Below, piece by piece: positions 12,936 through 25,774 of a stretch of DNA of 64,000 bases. This stretch comes from Podarcis vaucheri (taxonomy: Eukaryota): assembly GCA_965113315.1 (NCBI GenBank), contig OZ220367.1; one strand, written 5' to 3'. Numbering within the stretch: the first letter of the stretch is position 1; each line of letters opens with the position of its first letter. The position numbers and the translations under genes are program-made. The notes beneath the pieces were generated by a model that saw only the letters and a program-made list of their open reading frames with translations, was not told the DNA's origin and ran no database searches.

Positions 12936-15649
12936 TATGCATGTGTATGTTCAGCCTGACCTGGCCCCACCAGTAACGCACCCTCTCTGAGTTCTGGAAA
13001 ACTGAGGTCCATTGTGGGCATGCACACAGGTATCATGGGTACAAAATAGTGGGTTAAAGAATACAAAGTAATTATGTGTGTGTCCTGACCAGCCCCACCA
13101 ACAGCTTACAAAGGAGTGACTCACCAACAGGGGGTGTGATGATAGGTGACGGAAAACACCCTACCCACACAATGTGCTTCCATACATTCACAGTTGGGTA
13201 ACATGCAATTTTATGTTGGATTTCTCTCCTTAGGAAAATCCAAATTAAATGGGGTGGGGTGGGGAGAGTATGGACTACTACTTGAATAAGAGCAACGTTG
13301 TATGGATGACGCAAAAGATATGGACACTTGGGGTGCATCAAATCCACTTTAAACTGTTGTGTGGACACTGCTAGAGAGTTCTATAGCAGTATAAAGACTT
13401 GTCGTTTTCCATGCCTCAGGCTATCATGGCTGCCTCTCCTGAAGTTGCTCTTTCCTAACTGCTGTTGCATCACTGACTATCTTCATGGTTTATGTGTGGT
13501 GTAGTTGTTTTGATTTAGGTCCCTCATTCCCTTTAAGATGGCATATATAGGTCTACGGTATTTTGTCCCCGCAGGAAACCTGTGAGATATGTTAGGCTGA
13601 GAGGTGGTGATTTACCAAAGGTGTCCTTAAACCTATGCTCTTTGTCCTCTGGAGAGTATCTCATTAAGTAGCCTTGGTGCCTGAAAATGGTGCTTAGTTG
13701 ATATTTTGCTGGAGAGCACCTGACCTTGCTGACCCTGCCTCAAATGGGGTTTAATTAAACTGTCAGCACTGGACGGAGGAACAAAGGGCCAGGCCTCCCC
13801 CACTTCTCCCCAGTCTCACACTAGCAGGAGGGCAGTGTCACTGTGAAAATGAAGAGCTGTTAAAAATGAATCTTGTTTCCCATCAAGGAAAATTACCAAG
13901 GCGGGAAGGTGACCTTGGCAATCATGCAGCCAAATACATTTCCATCGCTCTCGTTCTTGCTATGCATATAGTTGGTGACCCACAGGGATGTCCGAAAGAT
14001 AGGCAAAAGTGGTGACAGGGAGAGAAAATTGTGGGGATAAAACAATGTAGGTTTCAAGATACAAGTTGCTTGTTATTCCTTGCCGGCCTGGCCACAGAGT
14101 ATGATCGTCTGTCTCCCTGCTCTCTTGACTCTACAGCTGTTTTATCCAGCTACTCTATACAAGGCAGCATTGCTGTTTTCGTCCACACCATGTGAATGAC
14201 AATGCCGTGCCTCCATCTCTGTGGACACTCACAGCACTCCTGTCCACATTCACAGTCTTCCAAATAAGGATCAAACTAGACATTATACCACAGACTTGCG
14301 TAACAGTCACTTTCTCTCAGATAGGTAGACAGAATGGATATAGCTATAGATATATCAACCATGGAGACTTCATGTTTGAGCAAAGGACTGGCAAGGCGGG
14401 GTCTGCTTAATCTTTTCTCCCTCTGCTCAAGATTCACCCTTCCTCAGCAGCTTTGCCACCTATGGGGAAAGGACATAGATACCTCTTTTCATCACAGGAG
14501 AGGCAATTTTGAATGGGGACTGGAGGGCAAAGGGTGAAGCATTCCCTCCCCTTGCTGTATCTTCACTGAAGATTGCAGCCGCCTGTGTCTCCTTTTTATT
14601 CTTTTACTTTAAAAACAAAGAAACCCAGTCTGCTGTGTGACTTCTAAGATTATTGTTCTGGAATCCATACAATTTGTCACTATCATGATCAGAATGAGTT
14701 CCTTTTAAAGGAAGCAAACAGGAAACCTGGTTAACTAAGCCTATAAATGTCACTGGGCTGCCATTTCAATTGGTTTAGCCTATAGTCGCTCAACAGTATT
14801 ATGAATACCAAATGTCTGAACCTCCAGTTCCATTAAGAGGATATAGTTTTATTGTAGAATTGGGGACACATGGCAATATAGGCACTTTTCTGAAGCTAAG
14901 CAGGTCTGGTCAGTTCCTGAATGGCAGATTGCCTCGAACCCCATCTCCTCATTTCTGCAGGAAAAAATAGGCAGGTATCTTATATCTGCTGATGCCCCCC
15001 CACCCCCAAATACCACAACTGCCTTCAACTAAAAACAACAGCATGGGATATATGGTGATGGTTCTCTTGCCAACTTTCATTCAGGCAGCAGTCTAAGAAT
15101 CTCTTTCCATTAATCTCCAGTTCCATCACTTTTCATAACAAATCCTCTTTTGGCATACAGTTTCCATAGCACACATATGAAATGTCTTCTAGGCAATAAA
15201 GAGGTAATAGATGAAGAGATGGTATCTTGCTGGTTATTAAAGAAGTTATCAACAAAGGCTATTTGCATTTTGACAATGCATGTTTAGGGCTTTCTACAGT
15301 GGCATACAAACTGACCTAATTTGCAGATTTTGACTTATTGCCTTAGGATAGATGCAGTGCATGTCCGTCCTGTCCCCCCACACCCTTCAGTGCTTTGACT
15401 ACTTGCTGGAGATGCATAGTTTCTCTCCTGGTTGCAAATATGTATGTTTGATGAGGCAATGAACATCTTCCAAACTTGGAACAGACCCTCAGCAGTGCGT
15501 TCCATGTAGTGCCGCAAATCAGGACCATCTGTGGAAGCAGCAGGTGTCAGTCATTTTATGTGTTGTCGGAGCAATCAGATCTACACCAAGTTTCCTTTTT
15601 TTAAACAACAACAACAATACAACCCATTGGGTCCAAGATACATCTGACG

Positions 15650-15809
15650 CTGTTCTTAACCTGAGGTACCACTTTAGCTAATGGGGCCAACTGCTGCCAC
15701 CACCGCACAATTTCTGTTCTCATCCTGAAGCAAAGTTCTTAACTCGAGGTACTATTTCTGGGTTATCGGAGTCTGTAACCTGAAACGTCTGTAACCCGAG
15801 GTACCACTG
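15650..15809. mobile_element. Partial Tc1/mariner MITE, same family as 34878-35103 in the opposite orientation
   Basis: Ends gtaacccgaggtaccactg+TA; the body is the reverse complement of part of 34878-35103. Confidence 0.8.
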
Positions 15810-15811
15810 TA

Positions 15812-16160
15812 ATAGAATCATGGAAGTATGGAGTTGGAAGAGACCCTGAGGATGTTCTAGTCAAGTCCCCAGCAATGCAGAGATCTTACCTGAAGCATCC
15901 AAACTCTGCTTAAAAGCCTCCAAGGAAGAAGAGGTCACCACCTTCTGAGGATGTCTGCTCCACTGTTAAGCATCTCTTACCATCAGAAAGTTTCTTCCGG
16001 GTGTTTAGTTAGAATCCCCTTTCCTGTAACTTGAATCCAAGTTTGCTCCATCTTCCATGTGACAGCCCTTTAGATTTCTGAAGGTGGCTATCATATCTCC
16101 TCTCAGTCTCATTTTTACAGGCTAAATATACCCAGCTCCCTCAACTGCTCCTCATAAGAG
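15812..16160 (-). mobile_element. CR1-type LINE 3' fragment
   Basis: Begins tagaatcatggaa (complement of the CR1 ATTCTRTG tail); continues with CR1-like 3' sequence (..ggctaaatatacccagctccctcaactgctcctcata). Confidence 0.7.
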
Positions 16161-16239
16161 TAATGACTAAATGTCTACTTTTAGAACCGTAGAATCACAG
16201 AATTGTAAGGTTGGAAGGGATATTGAGGATCGTCTAGTC

Positions 16240-16377
16240 CAGCCTTTCTCAACCTGTGGGTCCCCAGGTGTTGTTGAACTACAACTCCCATCACCCCTAG
16301 CTAGCAAGGCCAGAGCTCAGGGATGATGGGAGTTGTAGTCCAACAACATCTGGGGACCCACAGGTTGAGAACCGCTG
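16240..16377. mobile_element. hAT-type palindromic MITE nested in a CR1-tail element (~16183-16455)
   Basis: TSD (g/a)tctagtc at 16232-16239 and 16378-16385; ~55-bp inverted arms; degraded relatives near 3945-4020, 6340-6460, 31360-31470, 39935-40075, 43700-43825. Confidence 0.85.
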
Positions 16378-17226
16378 ATCTAGTCTAACCCCCTGCAGTG
16401 CAGGAATATGCAGCTTTCCGTATGGAATCTGCTACCACTCTTTAACCAACTGACCTATCTCATGCCATCAGGAATGCAGTGAATAGGCATTTCATCCCCC
16501 AGTGGAACAGTGACAACCTGTTGATTTGGTGCTGGTTTGGACCTGACCTGTTTTCTTTTTCTTGGATGTAACATTCCTGCAAAGTGCTTCCTGTGAGGTG
16601 AGAGTTTTCCTGCCTTTATGCTTTCCCGCACTGGTGAGGGGGCAACTCTTGTCACCCGACATGTCAGGGTTTACCATTTGCAATTCTCTACCACAATCCC
16701 ACAGCGCTGGGGAGGTTGAGTGTGTGTGCTTAAATGGCATAACTGACAAAAGACCCTTCTGTGGGAAGAAGGCAAGAGGCTCGGTGCTGAGAGTGATTTG
16801 CCGAATACCAATAAGGAGGAGAAATTTGCTTTGCCAAAATGGTTGGGGTGGGGTGGGGTGGGGGGAGGTGTGTGTCTGGGTCTGTGCAACTCAGCCTGGA
16901 AGGAGGGGGAGAGTTGTGGATGCAGGGTTAATGTCAACAGTGATCAACAGGAAAATGGGATGGGATGGGGGGGGTGAGCTCAAAGCAACAAAGAGTCAGT
17001 GTGGCTGGGTGACAGTGATAACAAATGAGGTGCTAATGGGTGAGGAGGATCACCAGAGTTCTTAGTCCAAAAGGAGTTGGCATGAAATAGACAGCTATAC
17101 TTGGCTGTGTGGTGGAAGAGGCTTCAATCTGCACCCCTGCTTTATGTGCATAAAAGTTTCAACTGTGTCCTCGTGCATGATGAAATTAATTTTCTGCATG
17201 AATAGCCAATCAACGAATGGAACAGA

Positions 17227-17400
17227 GGGAGCAACTTTATTATGAGCCACACCATGGTCCATCTCATTTGGTATTTTCTACACTGACTGGCAGTAGCTCT
17301 CCGGTGTTGCAGGGAGGGGGCTCTCACAGCCCTACCTGGAGGTGCCAGGGATTGAACCTGGGCCCTTCTGCATGCAAGTCAGACACTCTACCACTGAGCA
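17227..17400 (-). mobile_element. tRNA-derived SINE (older family), degraded
   Basis: Minus strand head gctcagtggtagagtgtctgacttgcatgcagaagggcccaggttcaatccctggc with A/B-box-like motifs; related copy at 50101-50290 (+). Confidence 0.65.
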
Positions 17401-19164
17401 CAGAATGCAGAAACATTTTCCAGGACTGAGACTGCTGGTGTTACACTTCCTGGCCTACGGTATGACCTATATGTTGTAGTGCATGGAGTGCTGAGCATGA
17501 ATGGGTTCAAATTCCCATTCATGGTGCAATCCTGTACACACCTAGCACTTACTTCCGAGTAGACATGCATACTTAATTCAGGAAGCTCACTGGGCAGCCC
17601 ACCTCTCAGCTTCACTCATCTCAAAATGGATAAAATTGGACAATACCCATTTGCTACCACGCTGAGCTCCTTGGAAGAGGGGCAGGGATCCTAGCAATTC
17701 TCCCAGATATTGATAAGGTAACTTTTATTGTTTTTCATTGCATAGAAAAAGGCACCTTCTCCTCCCCCCGCCCTTTTCTTGTGTCAGTGCAAATAGCCCA
17801 CCATTTATCAGTTTCCAAAATTCATCTTTTTTTAAGCAAAAGTTTGGAGCTCTGAGTACTACCCTTGGACACTGCTGAGAATTCCATCTATCCAGCTGGT
17901 CAATGTTATTTCACCAGCAGAGCCACAGAAAATAATCCTTTTGAGGGTTTAGATGCTATTAGCAGAATTAAAAAGACCATCCTCCTAATGTGGTTTAGCT
18001 CAATCCATATAATAAAAATAAGTCAAAGCAATTAACAGAAGTAAATAAAATTGCCAATGGTTTACTAAGCAAATCAATCTGGGATAATTCGATTTGTGGA
18101 AAATAGAGAAGTAAAGGCTATTACTGGATGCTTTTAAGTGGGGATTATTAGGAATGGCTGGTAGGTAGGAAGCTTGTGGAGATGACAGGCTGCCCTATAG
18201 CTATGCGTTAATACTGAGCACATTTGCCCTAGTTGCTTTTTGTCCATTGATTTATCTCGGTTGGATCCACTTCTGATGAGCAAAACCTGTGGCTTCTTTG
18301 TTCCAGCAACCCCTTAATAAGAACCCTTTCTTTTTGTTGATTTTGCTGTCTCTTTTTGTGCATACCCTGCTTGTACTATTCTTTCCCACCCTGTTTGTGC
18401 TGCCTGTAGTCTTGAACATGCGGTGACATTTCCAATTATGCCTGCCTGTGTTTGCAATGGGACCTCATGTCAGTGTCTAGGCAAATCCCTGTCAATTGTG
18501 CTTTCTTAATCACTGGCATTCCACTGCTCAAGGGTATCTGCTCAAGTCTGGGCTCATTGCAAGTAGTCATAGCAGCAGGTTTGTGTCCCACAACACCTCA
18601 CATTTTAGAAAACTGAATATGGTTGAATATTGAGAAAGGAAGAGATTTAGCTTCATGTCAGTCTAACGTTACGTTATTATTGTGTATGTGATATGTGTTC
18701 TTAATGTAGTTAAACAATTATGATGAAAGATATGGGGTGGGGATCATTAAAGGCAGTCTGGTTTTGATTCACACACTGCTAGAAATACCTGATAAAGTAT
18801 GTGGTCCTGTTTCCAGTTTACACTAGCTAGATGTGAATAAGGTCACTCTAAAGTCTCTTAGCATTGGCAGAGGCCACAGATGCACAAATAAGGAATCTGC
18901 ATTGACCCCATAACACTATTAGCTGAAGGAAACTGAGTGGAGTTGGGGGGCTTTGCAGAAGTATTTATTTGCAGTATTTATATATCACTTTTCAGGCAGA
19001 CCTCACAAAATGGTTTACAAAAGATTATTAAAACAAAAAGCAGTGCTTTTAAAAAGTCACAATAGAATGGGCAAGACAACATGTTTGTGCAGAAGGAGCT
19101 GTTACTGCTTCTTCTCCCCTCCTCAGGGCAAGGTCTCCTGTAGTGGCTGTTTTGGGGAGAAACA

Positions 19165-19241
19165 TGGAGCCCCCAGCCAAGGATCAAACTTGTGACCCCT
19201 GGTTTACAAGACCAGTGCTCTCACCTCTGAGCTATGAAGTC
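19165..19241 (-). pseudogene. tRNA-Thr(TGT) pseudogene/retrocopy ending in genomic CCA
   Basis: Minus strand GACTTCATAGCTCAGAGGTGAGAGCA CTGGT CT TGT AA ACCAG GGGTCACAAGTTTGATCCTTGGCTGGGGGCT CCA; perfect anticodon arm; B box decayed (GTTTGA); acceptor stem mismatched. Confidence 0.8.
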
Positions 19242-21529
19242 AAGTCGAAGTTAATTGGGATCATGTGCTCACAAGGGTTGATGCTACACCTGATGACAGT
19301 GAAGCACAATACCTGTGAAAGTGGTGTTGTGAATTTAAAAACACCCAAGTCACTCAAGAGCTCCAAGCAGTTGTTGCTCCTCCACCACCTTAGCCATAAT
19401 GGAGGGGAGGATTCTAAGTAACTCTGCAAACAATTGTGGCATATTAGCAGGAGTAGAAAAACTCCAGCAAGGAAGCAGAGCTGATACATTAAGACAGCAC
19501 AGGGATACACCACTGTGCCCTTGTGTCTATAGTACAGTACAGTACAGTTCTCACAAAGCTTTACCAGATGGGTACTTGCACAGACCTTGAGGCTAGCAAC
19601 AGATAGAGGAAGGTCAGATGAATAATGCTTGTCTTCTCAGAGCCCTTACAGGTACTCTGTCTCTTGGGAATCTGCACACAAACATCCACCAAGACCCTTC
19701 CCTCCACCCCAGCATTTGGGCCTAAAGGGACAAGGCACCCCATGCAGGTAAGCAAGTGAGGGAGGACTCACCTGGAGGGCAGGGTCCTTGCTTTAAAGCT
19801 TGACACCTGCATCTCCTCCATCCCTCCTCCTAAATTCCCCAAATGCAAGGGGATGCCTTCCGTGCTCTGGAGAGGGCAATGGGAAATATAGTTACCTCTG
19901 CTGGTGAATACAAGGCACTCTTGCTTGGCCTCTTGCTACTGCTGGCCAAACACAGCTTGTTTTTCTTTGCAGGGCACATGAGCACAGGAAACAGAAATTA
20001 CAGGTGGCACTTCATTGCATCTTCCTGCAGCGGATGGTTGAATGTTGTCTGCCCTGAGAAGTGAACATCCAGATGCAGTTAACAGGTGGATTGTCAGTGG
20101 AAAATTGCGGAGACCAGAGTGAGGCATTACCAGTACCTAGGGAGATATTTTCCCCTCCTTTATGCATTTGACAGTCCCAAAGTAGCACATGGTTACTTGA
20201 ATTTAATGCCTGTTACCATCCTCAAGTCTCTTGTCTCTCTGCAGGCGACAAGGCAGCTATTCAACACACTCAAGAGGCAGATTCCCTGTGCTAGGCAGAC
20301 AAAGCCTACAGTAGCAGTACCAGCAAGAAATTTCTCTGTGGGGCTACCATATTTTTAGTTCTAGTAGGGCCCCTGTGCCTTTCCAGAGTGTACAATGCAC
20401 AGAAATGTATAAACTGCTGCATTACCCAGGGTAGAGATGCTGTGATGGAGAGAGGTATGTCAGGCAAGGTATGCAAGGCATTGGGGCCTTGCAAGATAAA
20501 GAAGGATGCCAACCCTCCATTATTCTGTGATGATGCCAGATCAGACTACAGAACCAATGTTCTTCAATAAAACTTGTGACCACTTTAGCTATGCCTCTGT
20601 TCTCATTAGCTGATGGGGAACCTGCATGTTTCTCACCTCAGGATGGGACGCACTAATGGGAAACAGTATCTTTAATCTTCTACCACAGCACTTCACCAGG
20701 GATGAGGAGCCTGCCTATAGTGGGACACTAGCAAGGGAAAATGGAGGTCTTAGTAGCACAGTGCTGACATCTCTCACCCCCTGCCTCCAGATACTGTTCA
20801 GGTGAAAATGAACCAATGCAGCTGGTTGGATGAGGAATGTTGGGTGGATAACAATATGTCCTAGGAAAATAAAAGGCAGGCACAGGCAGTCATCTCAACA
20901 AGTGCATGTTGCAGAATAGAATGAAGGAGGCTAGCAAAGTGAATGGTTTCCTGTGACACAGACAAGTCAGATGGTTACCTTGGGGTATTTGTTTATGTAC
21001 CAGACACTCTGGTTGGCTATCACATTTCACTCTTTTTGGTGTGAATACATGTCCCAGAACTTTGTCCTGTGAGATTTTAACCAAAGGTTGAACCTCAGTC
21101 TTCATGTAGAAGAAGATAGTGCTTTTCCACTGTGTTTTTCCACTTATCCATGGCTCCAGTTAGGGTTCCTTTGGAGTTGGACTACAGGTCTGGAATCTCT
21201 TGGTTCCATGCACAGGTAAGCTGGCGGGTGACAAGTGGTGTGTACTCATGGACGTGGCCTCTGGACAAGCACAAAGATGTTAGCGGTTGGTTATATGGCT
21301 AAGCTGTTGCTCTTTGAGTTTTTGTCCTGCTCCCTCTCCGTGTTTCCACCTAAAATTATTGTTGCCATTAGAGCCCAGGGAAGTTAAGCTTTGTCCTGCG
21401 ATGGACACATTTTTTTCTCCCTAAAGTTGCACCCACATCTCTGTTTCCTATTGCATTGCTCTTTCCCACTGAGTTACCAGGCAATATATTACCTCCCGTG
21501 ACCCTGCTTTTGTTACTGTCCATCATGGC

Positions 21530-21753
21530 TTATTTATTACATTTATATACCACCTTTTCTCCCAAGGAGCTCAAGGTGGTGCATTTGGTTCTTTCCCCCT
21601 TCCGTTCTATCCTCACAACAACCCTGTGAAGTAGCTAAGGCTGAGAGATGGTGACTGGTCCAAGGTCACTCAGTGAGCTTCATGGCTGAGCGGGCGTTCA
21701 AACCCTGGCCTCCCAGGTCACAGGCCATCTCTCTAACCATTACGCAGCACTGT
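21530..21753 (-). mobile_element. Older tRNA-derived SINE (MIR/Squam3-like)
   Basis: Reverse complement closely parallels 50293-50510; tRNA-like head and tail ..ccttgagctccttggg..gtataaat. Confidence 0.65.
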
Positions 21754-24062
21754 CCTTCCTCCCTTCAGTAAAGATTTCCCCTCTCACTCAGGTCCAGTAC
21801 AAATGTGTTATGTGCAGTATTGTTGGTATTGGCTGTGTGGAATCATTGGTACCCCAGCAGGACTTCTGGGAATCCTCTGCATTATATGGGAAGCATTGCC
21901 CTCTATTCCTGTGGGCACGGCTGTGTGCATTGCCTCTGGAAGGAGGGATGTGCTTGCTCCAGGAAGCAACCATTGCATTCTTGTCTTCTGTCATGGCTAA
22001 TATTGGGGCACCATTGGCAAGCATTGTCACAATTGGCAGTTGATGGTGGCAAAAAGAAACTGCCTTATGCTGGGCCAGACTGTGGGTTCATTTAGCTCTG
22101 TATTGTCTCCACAGGCTGGCAGCAGCTTTAAAAGATTCCATAAGGTGGCCTTTCCCAGCCCTTCCTGCAAATACCAGGAGTTATGTAGCTCTCCGTGAGC
22201 TACTTGCCTCCAAGAGTTGTCAGGGTGCTGTGGAGTGACTGCTGGCCTCGCTGCATGAGCTTTTGCTTCTCATGCTATTGCCGTGTTTCTGTCTTTGCTG
22301 GTGGCAGTGCGAGGGATCCCAGGAGGATAAGATCATAGAATCGCTCTGGCTATCAGTAAATGGGGGGGGGGGATAAGTGTCTCTTAAGAAGTGTCTCATT
22401 CCTGGACGAGTTGTCCACAATGGGTACATGCACATGTGTGTGCAAAGACACACACCCTGTCATTAACAGCATGGGCCACAGTTATTTAGGAAGAAAAGGG
22501 GGGGGGTTCATTCCTCTCGCCTCTGTTAAGCTAATTACCATTCCATGCTTATCTGCTCTTAGGCACCTAGACTGAGAGTCTGTGGTTAACTTCCCCACCC
22601 CTTGCCTAAAGTCTACTAGAGTGCTTGAGCAATTAAACAGTCTTTGGATTAGCATGTCTCATCACCGGCTGCCTCTCCCCCCCCCCTTTAGAGGCTTCAA
22701 TCTCATTTTACGCCCATGTTTTTCTTAAAGACAAGAAAAGCTGGATTAATTTTTACTGTGCCCAAGGGAGCCATTTGTAACTAAAGATGTCTCACTGTCT
22801 GTGCACTGGGTGGTAGGAAGCAGCAGTAGAGATGGCTTGCAATATATAGCTCTGAATCTCCATCCCCACCCCCTCCCTGTCCTTCTCTCACATCTGACTC
22901 TGGACTTTGCCAGGAAGAGAGCTGACAGTCAAGACAGTGCTTGGCTTTTTAAATGAGAGGGGGCAAAGCTGCTGCCTGCTGTGATATCTTTCCTCCCCTA
23001 ACTCCAGGTATCCATGTTTATTCAGACTACTTCCACCACACCTTAAACTGTCTGTCTTCATCTCAGTTTCTCTAAGCAAGGAGGTTGGCAGCATGCCTGT
23101 TTGTACAGTAGTTTTACACAGGTGCAAATTTATAAGGGAACAAAAATATGATACTAAATTAATGTTTGTTGTCTGCAATGTGATTTTTTTTTTAGGTGAA
23201 CCCATGTAGAAGAATTATGTTTTGTTCTGGTTTACATAATTCTGTGGTTATTGTTCCATAAACAGGATCTCAGGTTCCCCATGAGTCCTACTCAGAGAAA
23301 ATTTACATGGATTTCCCATGTGTATATATGCTCATGAGTGTTTCAGAAAGTTACCATGTGAGAATCAAGTGTTACACCAGAATAGGATAGGCTTTAGAAA
23401 GCTCCATGTGTATATACTGTTTCATTGGTAACGTAAGAGGAAAAATGACTATTACTCATACTTAATCTAAGCACAATCACAAGGGCTCCTAATTAGGTGT
23501 TTAGCTATGTGATATTGAATGTTAACAGATAACTCTGTTCTATCCTGTTTCCCCTTTGTTTTTGTTTAAACCAATTCACAAACCAGGAACTTATACATTG
23601 CCCACTAATAGCTATTTTTGTGATGTGCAAATGACATGAAAAGACTTGGTCTCTTTATTTGTGTCATTTAGTATTGCTATGATCCTTGTTTATAAGATCC
23701 CAAAAAGTTATTTAAAAGGGGGGAGCTCCATGTGCATGTTTTTTCATGCTGTGTTATATGGGGCCGAATGTGCCTGTGTTTGGGCAGGGGGGAAAGCATA
23801 TTGTGGTATTGAGAGTTCTGTTCATTTTCATACTACAGCTTCACTTTGGCTGTTTCTTTCTCGCTTAAAATTGACCCAATTTTCTCTCAAGGCCAAACTC
23901 CATGCTACATAATTAATCACATAACTTACATGGCTTTTTTTCTTTTAAGTGTAGCAGGACCATGAAGCATAGGGAAGAGGTTTAACTTTTGCCCTGTGAT
24001 GTAGTCCCAAGGAAAGTTGCCACCTGAAAAGAATATTTGGCACAGGAGGAAAGGTGCCATTG

Positions 24063-24305
24063 CCAGTGTGGTGTAGTGGTTAAGAGCAGTAGACTCGTAA
24101 TCTGGGGAACTGGGTTAATGTCTCCGCTCCTCCACATGCAGCTGCTGGGTGACCTTGGGCTAGTCACACTTCTCTGAAGTCTCTCAGCCCCACTCACCTC
24201 ACAGAGTGTTTGTTGTGGTGGAGGAAGGGAAAGGAGAATGTTAGCCGCTTTGAGACTCCTTCGGGTAGTGATAAAGCGGGATATCAAATCCAAACTCTTC
24301 TTCTT
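24063..24305 (+). mobile_element. Young tRNA-derived SINE (Squam3-like) with (CTT)n tail
   Basis: A box tggtgtagtggtt; nearly identical to 30434-30704. Confidence 0.85.
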
Positions 24306-24911
24306 GCTGACCACTAGTCACTACCCCCCCCCCCGAAGTATTTTTTAATGGAGAAGCTTTTAAGGAGACAAAGTGGCTTTGCCCTTTGGTAGCCCCATGG
24401 TAGGACAGGAGGCAGTGGAGAAAGTCTGAGAGAGATCTGGGGTTAGAAACTTTTTGCAGACGTACAGAGAAGCAGAGAGTCACGTGGACTTTTCTAGGGT
24501 TGAGATAATCCAAAAGGGACCATGTAAAAAAGAAAAAAAAAAATGTGATTGCATTGGAAGGGGGTTCTTAGTACTTCAGACTGCTGCAGAAGCCAGTGGC
24601 ATGATTCCTAAGAGGATTCCAAGGCATGTCCTCGGCTTAGCACACTGAGCTGGGTTTAGCTGCAGGATTAGGAATCTAAGGGCCTTTCCAAATTATCAGT
24701 GAAGGGGTCTCCCCATGCAAATTTTAATCTTTTCATGATAGACTTGCACATCTCTTTACAATGGCAGCACAATATCTTAACTACATGCGACACATAGTAA
24801 AGCTTTTCTACCTAATCTATTTATGAACAGAATATGAGGAGTTTCTAATACCACAGTGTGCAGAACGCAAACCTATTCTGCTCTATGTAAAACAGCGTGA
24901 TAAACCATATA

Positions 24912-25110
24912 CAGTGGTACCTCCGGTTATGAACTTAATTCATTCTGGAGGTCCGTTTGTAACCCAAAACCATTCTTATCCTGAGGCGCGCTTTCGCTAA
25001 TGGTGCCTTATGCTGCTGCCATGCCACCAGTGCGCAACTTCCGCTCGCATCCCGGGGCCAAATTCGCAACCGGGAGCACCTACTTCCGGGTTACTGGAGC
25101 TCGTAACCCA
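24912..25110. mobile_element. Truncated Tc1/mariner MITE (cagtggtacctc family)
   Basis: TA+cagtggtacctccggtta left end; right TIR not found. Confidence 0.7.
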
Positions 25111-25250
25111 AAGTGTGTGGCATGGGTAAGAAAGTGTGCTGTTGATGTTGGTGTAGCCCTTTTGCACCTGTTTGGACTAAAGTGCATCTACTGTTCCTTG
25201 CATGTTGCTCAGTAATATCTGCTGCTTAACCGTGAATTGGATTCTAAGTT

Positions 25251-25316
25251 ACAGGTAGGTAGCTGTGTTGGTCTGCCGTAGTCGAAACAAAAAAAAAAAA
25301 ATTCCTTCCAGTAGCT
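25251..25316. mobile_element. Penelope-like fragment
   Basis: caggtaggtagctgtgttggtctgccgtagtcgaaac..ttccagtagc, homologous to the left part of 3462-3653. Confidence 0.6.
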
Positions 25317-25774
25317 ATTTTGGATTTTATTTTGGATTTTAAGGGCAGTTTCACACACAAACCGCTGTTTTCATCCACATAAATAGTCCCAGTTGTCTCT
25401 GGGTATGTAGTTGTATGGACAAATGTCATGTGTGTGCAGCCATGTCATCAAGGATATGGCTGACAGCAATTCGTGTAATTGCAGCAGAAGAAGAAATGCA
25501 CGGTATCATGGGAATTGTTGCAGTCACATCTGTGGTCATTCTGATGGATTCCAAGTGATTTTTGGATCCTTGGAATATATCTGTTGTTTGATCCAGGGAA
25601 ACATGGGCAGAACTGGTAGTTACCCCTAAACAGCTGCAGGCTACACAGGTAAGTGCAAATGGGACTTGCTCATTTCCGTTTCAGGCAGATGGGGTAGCTG
25701 AGGATTCTCAGGACCTAAGTGATGAATATATATACCTGTCTTGGAATAACCACCAGATAATATACTTGTTTTGG

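Noticed and set aside
16845-16868. (GGGGT)n G-quadruplex-capable tract
   Set aside because: G-runs are frequent throughout the window; nothing singles this one out
19165-19241. Functional tRNA-Thr gene
   Set aside because: B box mutated, acceptor and T stems mismatched, genomic CCA present
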